From NCBI GenBank assembly GCA_001595915.1, contig LSSG01000053.1:3416-67415 (forward strand): a stretch of DNA of 64,000 bases. The letters run 5' to 3'. Positions 9,689-18,449 of this stretch are shown here, one piece after another. Below the pieces are notes generated by a model. It ran no database searches and was not told the DNA's origin. It was given only the letters and a program-made list of their open reading frames with translations. Origin of the DNA: Thermoplasmatales archaeon SG8-52-3 (GTDB lineage Archaea > Thermoplasmatota > E2 > DHVEG-1). The translations under genes were made by a program, and so were the position numbers. Positions within the stretch are counted from its first letter, which is position 1, and each line of letters opens with the position of its first letter.

Positions 9689-10840
9689 ATGAAAATTACC
9701 CTGATTGGTACGTTACCACCTATAAAAGCGCTAAGCCCCTATTGTTACCATTTAGCTGATGCATTATCAAAAAAAGTAGATTTAGATTTTTTTAATTTTA
9801 AAAATAGTCTACCAGAATCTTTATATCATGGAGGAATGACAGAGAAAAAAAATGAAAAAATTCAAACTCCTAACTTAAAAATTAAAACTATTATTAATTG
9901 GTGGAATCCATTTTCATGGATTAAAGTTGGAATTGTAGTAAAAGGGGATATTGTTCACGTACAACATTGGTCTTTGTATTCAGGATTAATTTATTGTTTT
10001 ATTTTACCAATTACTAAATTGCGTGGTAAAAAAAATGTATTAACAATTCATAATATTACTCCACATACAGATGATTTTTTAACAAAATTTTTTGATAAAA
10101 TGATTAATAAAATTATTCTCCCGTATACAAATCATATTATTGTTCATAACAAGAGAAATAGAAATAAATTTTTTGAACTTTATAGTATAGATAAAAAAAT
10201 TGTGACAATAATATCTCATGGCTCTATAATGCCTTATAATAAAATAAAAAATATTTCAAAAACTGATGCTAGAAAAAAATTAAATATATCACCTGAGAAA
10301 AAAGTGATATTATTTTTTGGTTATATATGGGACTATAAGGGTTTAGATATTTTACTTTCATCATCAAAAATCATTAAAGAAAAAATTAAGAATTATTTAC
10401 TCTTAATTGCTGGTCAACCCTTAAAAGACTGGAAAAAATATGATAAAATTATTTTGAAAGATAATTTAAATGAGATAATTCTGAAAAAATTAGAATATAT
10501 TTCTGATTCAGAAATTGAATATTATTTTTCAAGTAGTGATCTTGTTGTATTGCCATATAAGAAACATCCGTTTGATACTCATGGTGGAGTAGGAGCTTTA
10601 GCTTTATCATTTAACAAACCAATTTTAGTAACAGATGTTGGTGGATTACCTGAATATGTAAAAAACAATAAAGTTGTTGTTGAGCCTAATAATGAAAAAG
10701 AATTAGCTGAAAAAATAATATTTGTATTAGAAAATAAAGCTTTGTTAAAAAAACTTTCAAATGATTCAAAACTGTTATCAAAAGAATTGAGCTGGGATAA
10801 AATCGCTGATCAAACAATAGAAATTTACACTAAAACATAA
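9689..10840 (+). CDS. Glycosyltransferase family 4
   Basis: C-terminal GGVGALALSFNKPILVTDVGGLPEYV (GT4 E-x7-E region). Start set at ATG 9689 (MKITLIGTLPP), not the track's upstream start that overlaps the neighbour. Confidence 0.8.
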   Translation: MKITLIGTLPPIKALSPYCYHLADALSKKVDLDFFNFKNSLPESLYHGGMTEKKNEKIQTPNLKIKTIINWWNPFSWIKVGIVVKGDIVHVQHWSLYSGLIYCFILPITKLRGKKNVLTIHNITPHTDDFLTKFFDKMINKIILPYTNHIIVHNKRNRNKFFELYSIDKKIVTIISHGSIMPYNKIKNISKTDARKKLNISPEKKVILFFGYIWDYKGLDILLSSSKIIKEKIKNYLLLIAGQPLKDWKKYDKIILKDNLNEIILKKLEYISDSEIEYYFSSSDLVVLPYKKHPFDTHGGVGALALSFNKPILVTDVGGLPEYVKNNKVVVEPNNEKELAEKIIFVLENKALLKKLSNDSKLLSKELSWDKIADQTIEIYTKT

Positions 10841-10847
10841 CTAAGGA

Positions 10848-11822
10848 TTATTTTCGTCTTTTTGATTCAATTAAATTTTTTAAATAAGTTAAATTTTGTT
10901 TGAAAAAATAATTTGGTAGTCTATTAAAATATGACATTCCAAAATAGCAATCAATAGTGCAATGATTACAAAAATTATATTTTCCAGCCTTTTCAAAAAG
11001 TTGGTACCATTCTTTTGAATTATAGAGAGTATGTAATTTTCCATCGATTTTGATTTTTTTATTATAATTATGAGTACATGGAATAATTAAAGTATCATCT
11101 GGTCCAATATCTATTGTAGATAATCCTGCTTGACATTTAGATTTTGATGGATTATTTCCACCTCTTTTATGAAAATCAAGTTGAGGTAGACTCATTCTTA
11201 TGTATGGATTCCAAAAATTTTTCTTAATTTTTTTTATATTGTCTTTATTTAACGATTTATTGCCAAAATATGAAAAACAAGGGTGAATATAGGTTGTTAT
11301 TTTATTAGAATCAGCAAAATTTACAATTTCTTGTAAATTTTTTATGTTTTTATCTGTTACAGTATATAATAAACATATTTCTTGTTTATTATTTATTGCA
11401 ATATTAATGCCTTCTATAAGTTTATCATATCCATCGATACCTCTAATTTTTTTATATTCTTCTTTAGAGGTTGTATCAAATGAAAAATATGTTCTACTAG
11501 GAAGGTTTTTTATTTCTTTAAATCTATCCTTATAAAAATAACCATTTGTTGAAAGTTTTACAAAAAAGCCTAGTTGTTTTGCAGAGGCAAGAATTTGTGG
11601 TAAATCTTTGTTTAATAATGGTTCACCACCAGTAAAATCAATAAACTTTACTCCTATTTTTTTTAAATCAACTAAATTTTTTTTTACATCTGTAAATTTT
11701 GCATCAAAAATATTCTTGTATGAATTATTTCTCCAAAAATTACAAAATTCACATTTTGAATTACATCTATAAGTGACCCAATAATTGCAAAAAAAAGGTT
11801 TTTTATTTATTAAAAAGGTCAT
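10848..11822 (-). CDS. Radical SAM/SPASM(twitch)-domain protein
   Basis: YRCNSKCEFC motif and FTGGEPLL. C-terminal extra Cys cluster (CQAG...IPC...CNHCTIDC). Confidence 0.7.
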   Translation of the reverse strand: MTFLINKKPFFCNYWVTYRCNSKCEFCNFWRNNSYKNIFDAKFTDVKKNLVDLKKIGVKFIDFTGGEPLLNKDLPQILASAKQLGFFVKLSTNGYFYKDRFKEIKNLPSRTYFSFDTTSKEEYKKIRGIDGYDKLIEGINIAINNKQEICLLYTVTDKNIKNLQEIVNFADSNKITTYIHPCFSYFGNKSLNKDNIKKIKKNFWNPYIRMSLPQLDFHKRGGNNPSKSKCQAGLSTIDIGPDDTLIIPCTHNYNKKIKIDGKLHTLYNSKEWYQLFEKAGKYNFCNHCTIDCYFGMSYFNRLPNYFFKQNLTYLKNLIESKRRK

Positions 11823-11993
11823 TTTTTATCGTATTTTATAAGTTATAAATCTTTTTAAATTTGCTGTTTAAAAAATTGTTATATAACAAATTAGTATCAT
11901 TTCTTTTAAAAAACAACAAAAATCTTTATACATAATTAATTATCATAAATTTAAAAAAAATTCATAACAAAATAAAATTTTGGGAAAAATAAT

Positions 11994-13061
11994 ATGAAGA
12001 TTCCATGGTCAATTCCAAATATTCAAGATAAAGAAATAGAATCAATAAATAGAGTGCTAGATTCTGGATGGCTTTCAATGGGTAAAGAAGTAAAAAAATT
12101 TGAAGAAAAAGTTGCTTCTTATCTAAAAATAAAATATTCAATTTCAGTTAATAATGGTACATCTGCTTTAGATCTTGCTTTAAAGTGTTTAGATCTCAAT
12201 ACAAAAGATGAGATCATAATCCCTGCCTTAACCTATATTGCGACTGGAAATGTTGTTTTATATAACAATTGTATACCTGTATTTGTTGATATTGATAATA
12301 CTTTGAATATAGATACCACCCTAATTGAAGAAAAAATAACAAAAAAAACAAAGGCAATAATTAATATTGATCTAGGTGGAAATCCAACAAATTATAAAAA
12401 TTTATTAAAAATATCTGATGAAAATTCTTTACCTTTAATTGTTGATGGTGCACAATCTTTTGGTTCAGAATATCAAAATAAAAAATGTTGCACACATGGT
12501 CTAATAAATACAACCAGTTTTCATGCAGCAAAAATAATAACTACAGTTGAAGGAGGAATGATTTTTACTAACGATAAAAAAATAAATGATAAAGCAAATA
12601 TTTTAAGAAATCAAGGTGAAACATCAAAATATATACACAGCTATCTTGGTAACAATTATAGAATGACTGATTTAGCAGCTTCAATTGGGAATTCTCAGAT
12701 GGATAGGTTTGAAACTACTCTAGAAGAACGAATAAATAAAGCAAAATATTATAAACAAAATCTAAAAAATGTAGATTATCCTGAAGAATTACAAAACACT
12801 AAAAATTGTCATTTTTTCTTTTTAATTTTAGTTAAAAATAGAAATAAATTAAACAAATGCCTAAATAAAAATGGAATAGAAACACGAATAACTTATCCTT
12901 TACCGATAAATGAACAAACTATATTTAAAAAATATAGTAAACAAGATTATATTTCAGCAAAAAAATTTTCAAAAAAAGTAATATCATTACCTATTCATCA
13001 TAAACTAACAATAGACGAACAAGATTATATTATTAAGAAAATTAACAATTTTGATAGGTGA
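11994..13061 (+). CDS. DegT/DnrJ/EryC1/StrS-family PLP-dependent sugar aminotransferase
   Basis: NGTSALDLAL and SFHAAKIITTVEGG motifs. Confidence 0.85.
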   Translation: MKIPWSIPNIQDKEIESINRVLDSGWLSMGKEVKKFEEKVASYLKIKYSISVNNGTSALDLALKCLDLNTKDEIIIPALTYIATGNVVLYNNCIPVFVDIDNTLNIDTTLIEEKITKKTKAIINIDLGGNPTNYKNLLKISDENSLPLIVDGAQSFGSEYQNKKCCTHGLINTTSFHAAKIITTVEGGMIFTNDKKINDKANILRNQGETSKYIHSYLGNNYRMTDLAASIGNSQMDRFETTLEERINKAKYYKQNLKNVDYPEELQNTKNCHFFFLILVKNRNKLNKCLNKNGIETRITYPLPINEQTIFKKYSKQDYISAKKFSKKVISLPIHHKLTIDEQDYIIKKINNFDR

Positions 13062-13066
13062 TATAA

Positions 13067-13999
13067 ATTAATATATTAGTTACTGGAGGTGCTGGATATA
13101 TTGGTAATATATTAGTACCTGAATTATTAAAAAAGAAATATTATGTTAGAGTATTTGATAATTTAACGTATGGTATCGATGGTATTCTTCCTCATTTTAG
13201 TAATAATAATTTTGATTTTACCAAGGGAGATATAACAAACATTGTTGACATTAAAAAATCACTTGATGATATCGATTTTGTAATACATTTAGCAGCTATT
13301 GTTGGCTATCCAGCATGCAGAGCTAGACCCGATCTTGCACATAAGGTTAATTTTATTGGAACAAAAAATCTATTAAGTTATTGTAAAGTCCCATTTTTTT
13401 ATCCATCTACTGGCAGTAGTTATGGTAAAGTTGAAAAAATATGTACTGAAGAAACTCAATTAAAACCATTAACCGAATATGGTGAAACTAAAACTAATGG
13501 TGAAGAGATTGTAAAACAATATTCAGATTATGTTATATACCGTTTTTCAACAGGTTTTGGATTATCACCAAGACTTAGACTTGATCTTCTTGTTAATAAT
13601 TTCTTAATAAAAGCAATGCGCGAAAGGGAATTAATTGTGTATGAAAAAAATTATTGGAGATCTTTTATTCACGTCAAAGATATTTCTAGAAGTATTATTT
13701 TTGCTATTGAAAACTTTGAAAAAATGAATGGAGAAATATACAATGTAGGATCTGAAAAATTATGTCTAACAAAGGAAGATGTAGCCTTAAAAATTAAAAA
13801 TTATGTTGATTTTCATTTAAAATTTGCTGAATTTGGAAAAGACCCAGATAAAAGAAATTATAAGGTAAGTTTCAAAAAGATAAAATCATTGGGTTTTAAT
13901 ATAAAATTTGATTTAGATTATGGTATTAAAGAAATGATTAAGGCATTTCAATTTATTGAGTTAAAAGATGATTATTTTAATTATAAGGTTTTTAAATGA
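13067..13999 (+). CDS. NAD-dependent epimerase/dehydratase (extended SDR); apparent non-canonical AUU start
   Basis: The open frame encodes (I)NILVTGGAGYIGN...YGETK, with the Rossmann motif and YxxxK. There is no ATG/GTG/TTG until codon ~184. AGGTGA at 13056..13061 sits 5 nt upstream of ATT 13067. Confidence 0.7.
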   Translation: MNILVTGGAGYIGNILVPELLKKKYYVRVFDNLTYGIDGILPHFSNNNFDFTKGDITNIVDIKKSLDDIDFVIHLAAIVGYPACRARPDLAHKVNFIGTKNLLSYCKVPFFYPSTGSSYGKVEKICTEETQLKPLTEYGETKTNGEEIVKQYSDYVIYRFSTGFGLSPRLRLDLLVNNFLIKAMRERELIVYEKNYWRSFIHVKDISRSIIFAIENFEKMNGEIYNVGSEKLCLTKEDVALKIKNYVDFHLKFAEFGKDPDKRNYKVSFKKIKSLGFNIKFDLDYGIKEMIKAFQFIELKDDYFNYKVFK

Positions 14000-14448
14000 A
14001 TAATAATTTGTTAATTTTTAGACCTTTTAATAAGAAAGACATAAATGAAGTTCTTGATCTATTGATAAATCTCAGTATAACTAATAAAGAATTCTTTCAT
14101 CCCTATAAATTTGATAAAAAAACCCTTTTAAAAAATTATAATTCTGATGATTTTTATTTTGTTATGGTAATTAATAATGTTATTATTGGATACTCTTTTT
14201 TAAGATTCTTTGGATATAAAATTCCAAGTTTTGGTTGCTGTATTAAAAATGGATATGAGAATAAAGGTTATGGTGAAAAAATCACAAAGTTAACCATTAA
14301 AAAGGCAAAGGAACTTGGATATAAAAAAGTAATTTTAAAAACATATAAAAAAAATATATTTGCAAAAAAAATCTATGATAAAGTTGGTTTTAAAGTTATT
14401 GGAGAAACAGATGATAAAAGACAGTATAAAATGGAACTGATTTTGTAA
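13996..14448 (+). CDS. GNAT-family N-acetyltransferase
   Basis: GYENKGYGEKI...GFKVIG acetyl-CoA binding region. Its start overlaps the epimerase stop (ATGA). Confidence 0.7.
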   Translation: MNNNLLIFRPFNKKDINEVLDLLINLSITNKEFFHPYKFDKKTLLKNYNSDDFYFVMVINNVIIGYSFLRFFGYKIPSFGCCIKNGYENKGYGEKITKLTIKKAKELGYKKVILKTYKKNIFAKKIYDKVGFKVIGETDDKRQYKMELIL

Positions 14449-14650
14449 TTTAATTAATAAAATCTTAAAATATCTAAATGTGTAGATTTATTCTAAAAAA
14501 AATGTGTTCTCTTTTTAGCAATACCAACTTTATTTTTCAGTCTTATAATATGAATGATTGAACAAATTAAGTTACATGAGTTACTAATTTTTAATAAAAA
14601 AATCTATAAACAATTAAAATATTTTTTAATTAATTACAAGTGAGGATAAA

Positions 14651-14845
14651 ATGAAAATAGAAGTTTCGAATTTAACTTATAATAAATTAAAAACTATAAA
14701 AGAAAATGAGTTTGAAGGATATGATTTTGATATGATGATAAAATATCTATTAACATTTTATAACCAGAATAAAAAAAATCATCAATTATTTAAAAAGATG
14801 GAAAAAGAAGTAGAAAATCTTATGAAATTGGCAAAGGGAACTTAA
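14651..14845 (+). CDS. Hypothetical 64-aa protein
   Basis: ORF preceded by GAGGATAAA-ATG. No Cys. Function unknown. Confidence 0.3.
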   Translation: MKIEVSNLTYNKLKTIKENEFEGYDFDMMIKYLLTFYNQNKKNHQLFKKMEKEVENLMKLAKGT

Positions 14846-14960
14846 ATTTAGAAAAGATATCTTTAAACTTATTTTCAGATTATTTAGGATTTTTTATATA
14901 TCAGTTGCTATTGTAAGATTTAAATATCCTTTATATTATTTATTTTAGGGAGGCTTTCAT

Positions 14961-16763
14961 CTGAAAATAAACATTTATTCTAAAGGATTATCTGTTTTTT
15001 TCATTCTTACAATTATTTCCCCTATAACTGTTAGTTATATTGATAAGGATATGATGATCAATGTAAACTCCAATGATAAAACTGAGGTTAATAATATAAT
15101 AGCCAATGGTTTTTTGAATTATTCTAAAGGTGCAGCAGACTGGCTAATAAATGAATCTATTGAAATAGGAGACGGGTATAAATGGCCTGATTCAGTTGGT
15201 AGTTCTTATTACTATACTGATCTATATTATGGTTCACCAGGTATTGTTACATTATTTTCAGAACTATATAAAATAACAGGTAAGGATGAATATTTTCAAT
15301 ATACGGTTGGAGGGACAGAATGGTTGATTGAAAAAGCTATTTCTGAAGCAGGTGGTTATAAATGGCCTGAGAAGGAAGATTTACCTTTGTATTATACTGG
15401 ATTATATGTAGGAGCTGCTGGAACCGGTGAATCATTTCTCAATCTATATAAAACCCTATCAGACACATTTTATCTAGAATATGCTTCAGGAGCTGCTAAT
15501 TGGTTATTGAGTGTTGCAGTATTTGAAAATCAAAATGAATGTAAATGGCCAAGCTCTCAATATGCTACCGACTATTGTACTGATATTATATATGGAGCAG
15601 CTGGTATCGGCTTATTTTTATTGCAAATGTATGATTTGACAAATAACATAGAATATCTAAATTACTCACGATATGCAGGAAACTGGTTAATTAATCAAGC
15701 AAAACCTTCAGGTAGTGGTTATAAATGGGAGGTATCAAACAATTGTCCATATATTTATACAGGTTTTTCACATGGTGCTGCTGGAATTGGATATTTTCTT
15801 GCTAAATTATTTGAACATACAAATAACTCACAATTTCTCGAATATGCAAAAGGTGCTGCCCAGTGGCTAATTGATATTGCAGTTACCGAATCAGGTGGTT
15901 GTAAATGGTGGTCTAAAGAAGGTGATACTCCAAGTTATGCTACAGGATGGTGTCATGGTCCTGCTGGAACATGTTTGTTATTTATGAAACTCTATCAAAT
16001 TACCTCTGAAAATATTTATCTAACTTATGCAGAAATGGGTAGCACATGGCTTATTAGTCTTGCCATTCCAAGCGAAGGAGGATACAAATGGCCACATTAT
16101 CAAGGATCCCCAAATTATGATACAACCATTTGTCATGGAGCAGCTGGAATTGGTGATTTTTTTCTAAGGATGTCTGATCTTACAAATGAAGGTTTTTATT
16201 ATGACTATGCTAAAGGTGCAGCAGAATGGTTAAAGAGTGTTGCCGATACTTCTGCTGGAGATTATCGTTGGGCAACTTTTGGTTCATATTATACAGGTTT
16301 TTCTACAGGTACATCTGGGATAGGGCTCTTTTTCTTAAGAATCTATAATCCACCAGACAAACCTAATCTAGTTTGTTCTGGTAACCTAAATTGGGTAAAT
16401 GTGAAACCCAATTCAAAAATTATAGGTTATTTTCAAGTCGAAAATATTGGTGACCCTAATTCATTATTGTCTTGGGAGATAATTGAACGGCCAGAATGGG
16501 GTAATTGGTCATTTACTCCAGATAGTGGAATTGATTTAATGGCTAATGAAAAAATAAATATTACTGTAGAGTTAATTGCTCCAAACGAAAAAGAAAAGGC
16601 GTATACAGGTAAAGTAATCCTAGTTAATAGTGAAGATTTAAATGATACTTGCAGCATTGATGTGTCACTTAGTACACCAAAAAATAGAGGTGTATATCAA
16701 CTTTATTTCATACGATTGCTTGAACGTTTTATAATGCTTGAAAGACTGCTGAATCTTATATAA
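14961..16763 (+). CDS. LanC-like (lanthionine-synthetase-C-like) seven-repeat alpha-toroid protein with predicted N-terminal signal/anchor and C-terminal beta-sandwich module
   Basis: Seven ~58-aa repeats (YxxAxGAAxWL...GGYKWP...YTGxxHGAAGIG). The LanC Zn/catalytic motifs are in canonical order: GFSHGAAG, GWCHGPAG, TICHGAAG. A first ATG lies at 15051. An in-frame hydrophobic leader (KINIYSKGLSVFFILTIISPI) begins at CTG 14961, 7 nt after GGGAGG. Confidence 0.7.
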   Translation: MKINIYSKGLSVFFILTIISPITVSYIDKDMMINVNSNDKTEVNNIIANGFLNYSKGAADWLINESIEIGDGYKWPDSVGSSYYYTDLYYGSPGIVTLFSELYKITGKDEYFQYTVGGTEWLIEKAISEAGGYKWPEKEDLPLYYTGLYVGAAGTGESFLNLYKTLSDTFYLEYASGAANWLLSVAVFENQNECKWPSSQYATDYCTDIIYGAAGIGLFLLQMYDLTNNIEYLNYSRYAGNWLINQAKPSGSGYKWEVSNNCPYIYTGFSHGAAGIGYFLAKLFEHTNNSQFLEYAKGAAQWLIDIAVTESGGCKWWSKEGDTPSYATGWCHGPAGTCLLFMKLYQITSENIYLTYAEMGSTWLISLAIPSEGGYKWPHYQGSPNYDTTICHGAAGIGDFFLRMSDLTNEGFYYDYAKGAAEWLKSVADTSAGDYRWATFGSYYTGFSTGTSGIGLFFLRIYNPPDKPNLVCSGNLNWVNVKPNSKIIGYFQVENIGDPNSLLSWEIIERPEWGNWSFTPDSGIDLMANEKINITVELIAPNEKEKAYTGKVILVNSEDLNDTCSIDVSLSTPKNRGVYQLYFIRLLERFIMLERLLNLI

Positions 16764-16870
16764 TAAGAATTTTAAGTTAAAAAACCTGTCAAAAAATTCT
16801 ATAAAAATTAATGGTAAAAAGATGTTTGTAGTTTATAATTCTAGCAGTTTTTCTAAGATTTGAAAAAAAT

Positions 16871-17875
16871 TTATAAAAATATTTTTCTTGGTTTTACAAT
16901 AGTGCACTCAGCACATACTGGTATTTTATCAAACCTTTTAGAGTGAATTAATTTTCTTATATTTTGATATTTTTCACTTCTCCAGATTTCTTTTATTGAA
17001 GAATCTTTTACATTTCCAAGAATTATTCTTTTAGAATAATCATTACAGCATAATATTACATCACCATTTGCTAAAATATTAAAAATTGAGAAAAGATGAT
17101 GACATCTATGAACTAAATCTTTTCCAAAATTATATAATAGATTTTGGACAAAATTTGGATAATAATTATTCATTGCTAACTCATTAAAATTTGCTAAATC
17201 TCCACTTCTACTATTAATTCTTGTGAAATCAATTGGAATGCCTCTATTTTTCCAATAATTTTCAAAATCATAAATTTCTTTTAAATTTTTATTTTGAATT
17301 ACATAACCAACAGATATCCTTCCAGAATAATTAGAGTTTAATACACATTCAATATTTTCTAAAAGTTTCTTAAAATTTAGTTGTTTTCTAATTTCTTCAA
17401 AAGTTTCTCTTGTATATGCATCAATACTAAAATGAATCTCATCAACTTTTGAATTTTCAAGTTCTTTGATTTTGTTCTTGTTAAAAAGAGTTCCATTTGT
17501 GACAAGTGCTGTTGATAAATTATTATTTGTTAATTTTTTTGCAAGTTCTAATTTTTTAAAAATATCTTTATCAAGAAGAGGTTCATTTTGAAGATATAAC
17601 CATAACCAAATAAAATTACTATTTTCATCAGCAATTTCCTTTAAAATCTTGTTGTATAACTTATCAGACATTTTTTTTGTTTTTGAGTATTTCTGATAGC
17701 TCCTAGGACACATAATACATTTTCCATTACATGCATCAATTGTTTGAATTTGAAAAACTGATGGAAATTGATACACTTTCTTTGTAATATTATATTGAAA
17801 AATCCTACCTAATAATATAAAGAGATGCATATATTTTTTCAAGTATATATTAAATTTATAGTCTAATTGACTCAT
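16871..17875 (-). CDS. Radical SAM/SPASM-domain protein
   Basis: CNGKCIMC motif. C-terminal SPASM-like CCNDYS...GNVKDSSIKEIW...CAEC. Confidence 0.7.
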   Translation of the reverse strand: MSQLDYKFNIYLKKYMHLFILLGRIFQYNITKKVYQFPSVFQIQTIDACNGKCIMCPRSYQKYSKTKKMSDKLYNKILKEIADENSNFIWLWLYLQNEPLLDKDIFKKLELAKKLTNNNLSTALVTNGTLFNKNKIKELENSKVDEIHFSIDAYTRETFEEIRKQLNFKKLLENIECVLNSNYSGRISVGYVIQNKNLKEIYDFENYWKNRGIPIDFTRINSRSGDLANFNELAMNNYYPNFVQNLLYNFGKDLVHRCHHLFSIFNILANGDVILCCNDYSKRIILGNVKDSSIKEIWRSEKYQNIRKLIHSKRFDKIPVCAECTIVKPRKIFL

Positions 17876-17986
17876 AATTTCCGTAATAAAATAATTAGTT
17901 TGTTATAGACTCAATAAATTATTTATTTATTAATTAATTCATTTATTGAAGTAATATGCAATAGTTCTAAAGATAAAAGCAGATTA

Positions 17987-18059
17987 TGGGCCCGCCGAGA
18001 TTTGAACTCGGGTTACTACCACCCCAAGGTAGAAGGATGCCAAGCTACCCCACGGGCCC
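17987..18059 (-). tRNA. tRNA-Pro (anticodon GGG)
   Basis: Cloverleaf folded by hand: 7-bp acceptor GGGCCCG/CGGGCCC, T-loop TTCAAAT, anticodon loop TTGGGGT. GC-rich in an AT-rich background. No encoded CCA. Confidence 0.85.
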
Positions 18060-18187
18060 AGATTTTTATAAGCATAATTATCCTTCTAAAAAAACTTTCT
18101 TAAATTATAGTGTATTAATTGATTGCTAATTTATAATACTTTATTTGGAAAGACTTAATATTATACTCATAATAAAGATTATGCAAT

Positions 18188-18445
18188 ATGGATTTATCAT
18201 TAGAAATTTTAGGCTTAATTGCAGGAGCAATTACATCAATTGGTTATTTACCTCAGTTATATCGGGGATATAAAACAAAAAAACTTATGGATGTCTCATA
18301 TTATATGCCTGGTGTATTAGCTATTGGGATGTCATTATGGTTGATATATGGAATTTTTTTAAAAGCAGTTGCAGTAATAATTGCAAATGCGTTTGGAATA
18401 ACTTGTAGTATAATTTTAATTATTATGAAAAAAAATTATTCTTAA
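18188..18445 (+). CDS. PQ-loop/semiSWEET-like small membrane transporter
   Basis: 85 aa with three predicted TM helices and a PQ motif (GYLPQLYRGYKTK) in TM1. Confidence 0.45.
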   Translation: MDLSLEILGLIAGAITSIGYLPQLYRGYKTKKLMDVSYYMPGVLAIGMSLWLIYGIFLKAVAVIIANAFGITCSIILIIMKKNYS

Positions 18446-18449
18446 ATAT

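Noticed and set aside
14651-14845. 64-aa ORF as a lanthipeptide precursor for the LanC-like enzyme.
   Set aside because: It has no cysteines and no Ser/Thr-Cys core pattern, so it cannot form lanthionine rings.
18060-18090. TTATAAAA immediately upstream of the tRNA as its TATA box.
   Set aside because: It lies only about 5-12 nt from the mature 5' end, too close for an archaeal TATA box (about -26). It more likely belongs to the leader. The real promoter was not resolved.
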